A DNA stretch of 63,902 nucleotides, counting the filler, from Intoshia linei (lineage: Eukaryota > Animalia > Orthonectida), in the NCBI GenBank assembly GCA_001642005.1. It is 7 parts of 7 records of this genome, joined end to end, with 100 filler letters (N's around TTAATTAATTAA, not from the genome) between each part and the next. Parts side by side here need not be neighbours in the genome. Positions count along the whole stretch, not along the records: positions 62,861 to 63,902 come from LWCA01002834.1; 6 more parts are not named here. One strand, written 5' to 3'. A program made the translations under genes and the position numbers. Shown here one piece after another: positions 63,096-63,902 of this stretch. Position 1 is the first letter of the stretch. Every line of letters begins with the position of its first letter. A model generated the notes under the pieces. That model made no database searches. It saw nothing but the letters and a program-made list of their open reading frames with translations, and was not told the DNA's origin.

Positions 63096-63902
63096 ATGGA
63101 TAACTACGAAGTTCGCAATAGGTTGTATAGACTAATAGTTAGGTTTGATATTACTTAATTTTATTGGTGATAAACCGTGAATATTAAATATAGAAAATTT
63201 TTTGATTGGATCTCACAGTTTTATATGTAATATTCCCTTCCTATCTCCATTATTTTTCAATCCCAATGCCAATTAAACATCATATTTCAATCATTTAACT
63301 AAAATAAGTATTTTTGTGTATTTTAATATTATTGTAGTCAACTTACATTTGATGGTTTTGCTAAAGAAGCTGAAAGTCTATCGACTCACCTTAATATTGT
63401 TCCAAAATGTGTACCATCTACTGAACTCATGAGTATTGTGGGAAATCACATGAATTCCGGTATTTTATAATTATTTTAGACGCGTTTTCATATAAACTTA
63501 ACCGACATTTAATTAATATAAAATTTCAGCCGACAAAATTGTAAAAAAAGTCAGCGGATTAGACCTCGACATTTCTTATGACGAACTTTGTAAAATTTTA
63601 TTAATTTGTTTCATTTTATTATAGCTCAAATTTTTTCACCTGAACCTTCAAAATATCGAAATGTTTATTTTACGACACATAAAGGTTCCGTCAATACGGC
63701 AGTATTCAATAAATCTGGTAATTTAATTGCCACAGGATCTATGGACGGTTGTGTCAAAGTAATTGTATATTAATTGTTATTTATGGTAACAGATTGTAGA
63801 TTATGATAGACTTAAAATAAGGAGTGCTGTCGCCGAAGGACAATCCCAAAATGAAACAAACCCCGTCATAAGAATATTTTATGACGGTGGAGATGTAATT
63901 TC
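63096..63902 (+). CDS. CSTF1: Cleavage stimulation factor 50-kDa subunit, 5' part, continues past the window
   Basis: MDNYEVRNRLYRLIVS|QLTFDGF..CVPSTELM..GLDLD..SPEPSKYRNVYFTTHKGSVNTAVFNKSGNLIATGSMDGCVK matches the CstF-50 N-terminal domain and first WD repeat. Confidence 0.9.

Overview
Very AT-rich eukaryotic (animal) genomic DNA, not prokaryotic. Genes are compact, carry many 32-42-nt GT-AG mini-introns, and have longer introns filled with transposon debris. This resembles a reduced parasitic invertebrate genome, for example an orthonectid such as Intoshia; that taxon call is inference only. Six identical 100-nt spacers (N44-TTAATTAATTAA-N44) split the window, and several genes break off at them, so adjacency across spacers is unreliable. 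Genes rebuilt by manual splicing: unc-4/UNCX homeobox (-), MAGI (+), NEMF/Rqc2 (-), the 5' part of a TBP-family gene (+), a PAIP1-like gene (-), WDR36/UTP21 (+), intronless VPS35 (-), a multi-exon coiled-coil gene (-), a FAM43-like PTB gene (+), UBE2M/Ubc12 (3' part, -), a complete alpha7-type nicotinic receptor plus the 5' exons of a tandem paralog (-), and CSTF1 (5' part, +). Mobile DNA includes piggyBac (deleted copy and MITE), Tc1/mariner, hAT (transposase fragments, MITEs, one cargo-carrying element), a MULE with foldback-like ends, and an abundant non-autonomous Helitron family. I found no clear-cut new biological system. The best leads are the duplicated nAChR with conserved upstream DNA, three convergent gene pairs whose stop codons are only 17-41 nt apart, an inverted copy of MAGI coding sequence upstream of MAGI, a head-to-tail Helitron junction, and a recurrent GTGNNCATTGNNCAC palindrome.
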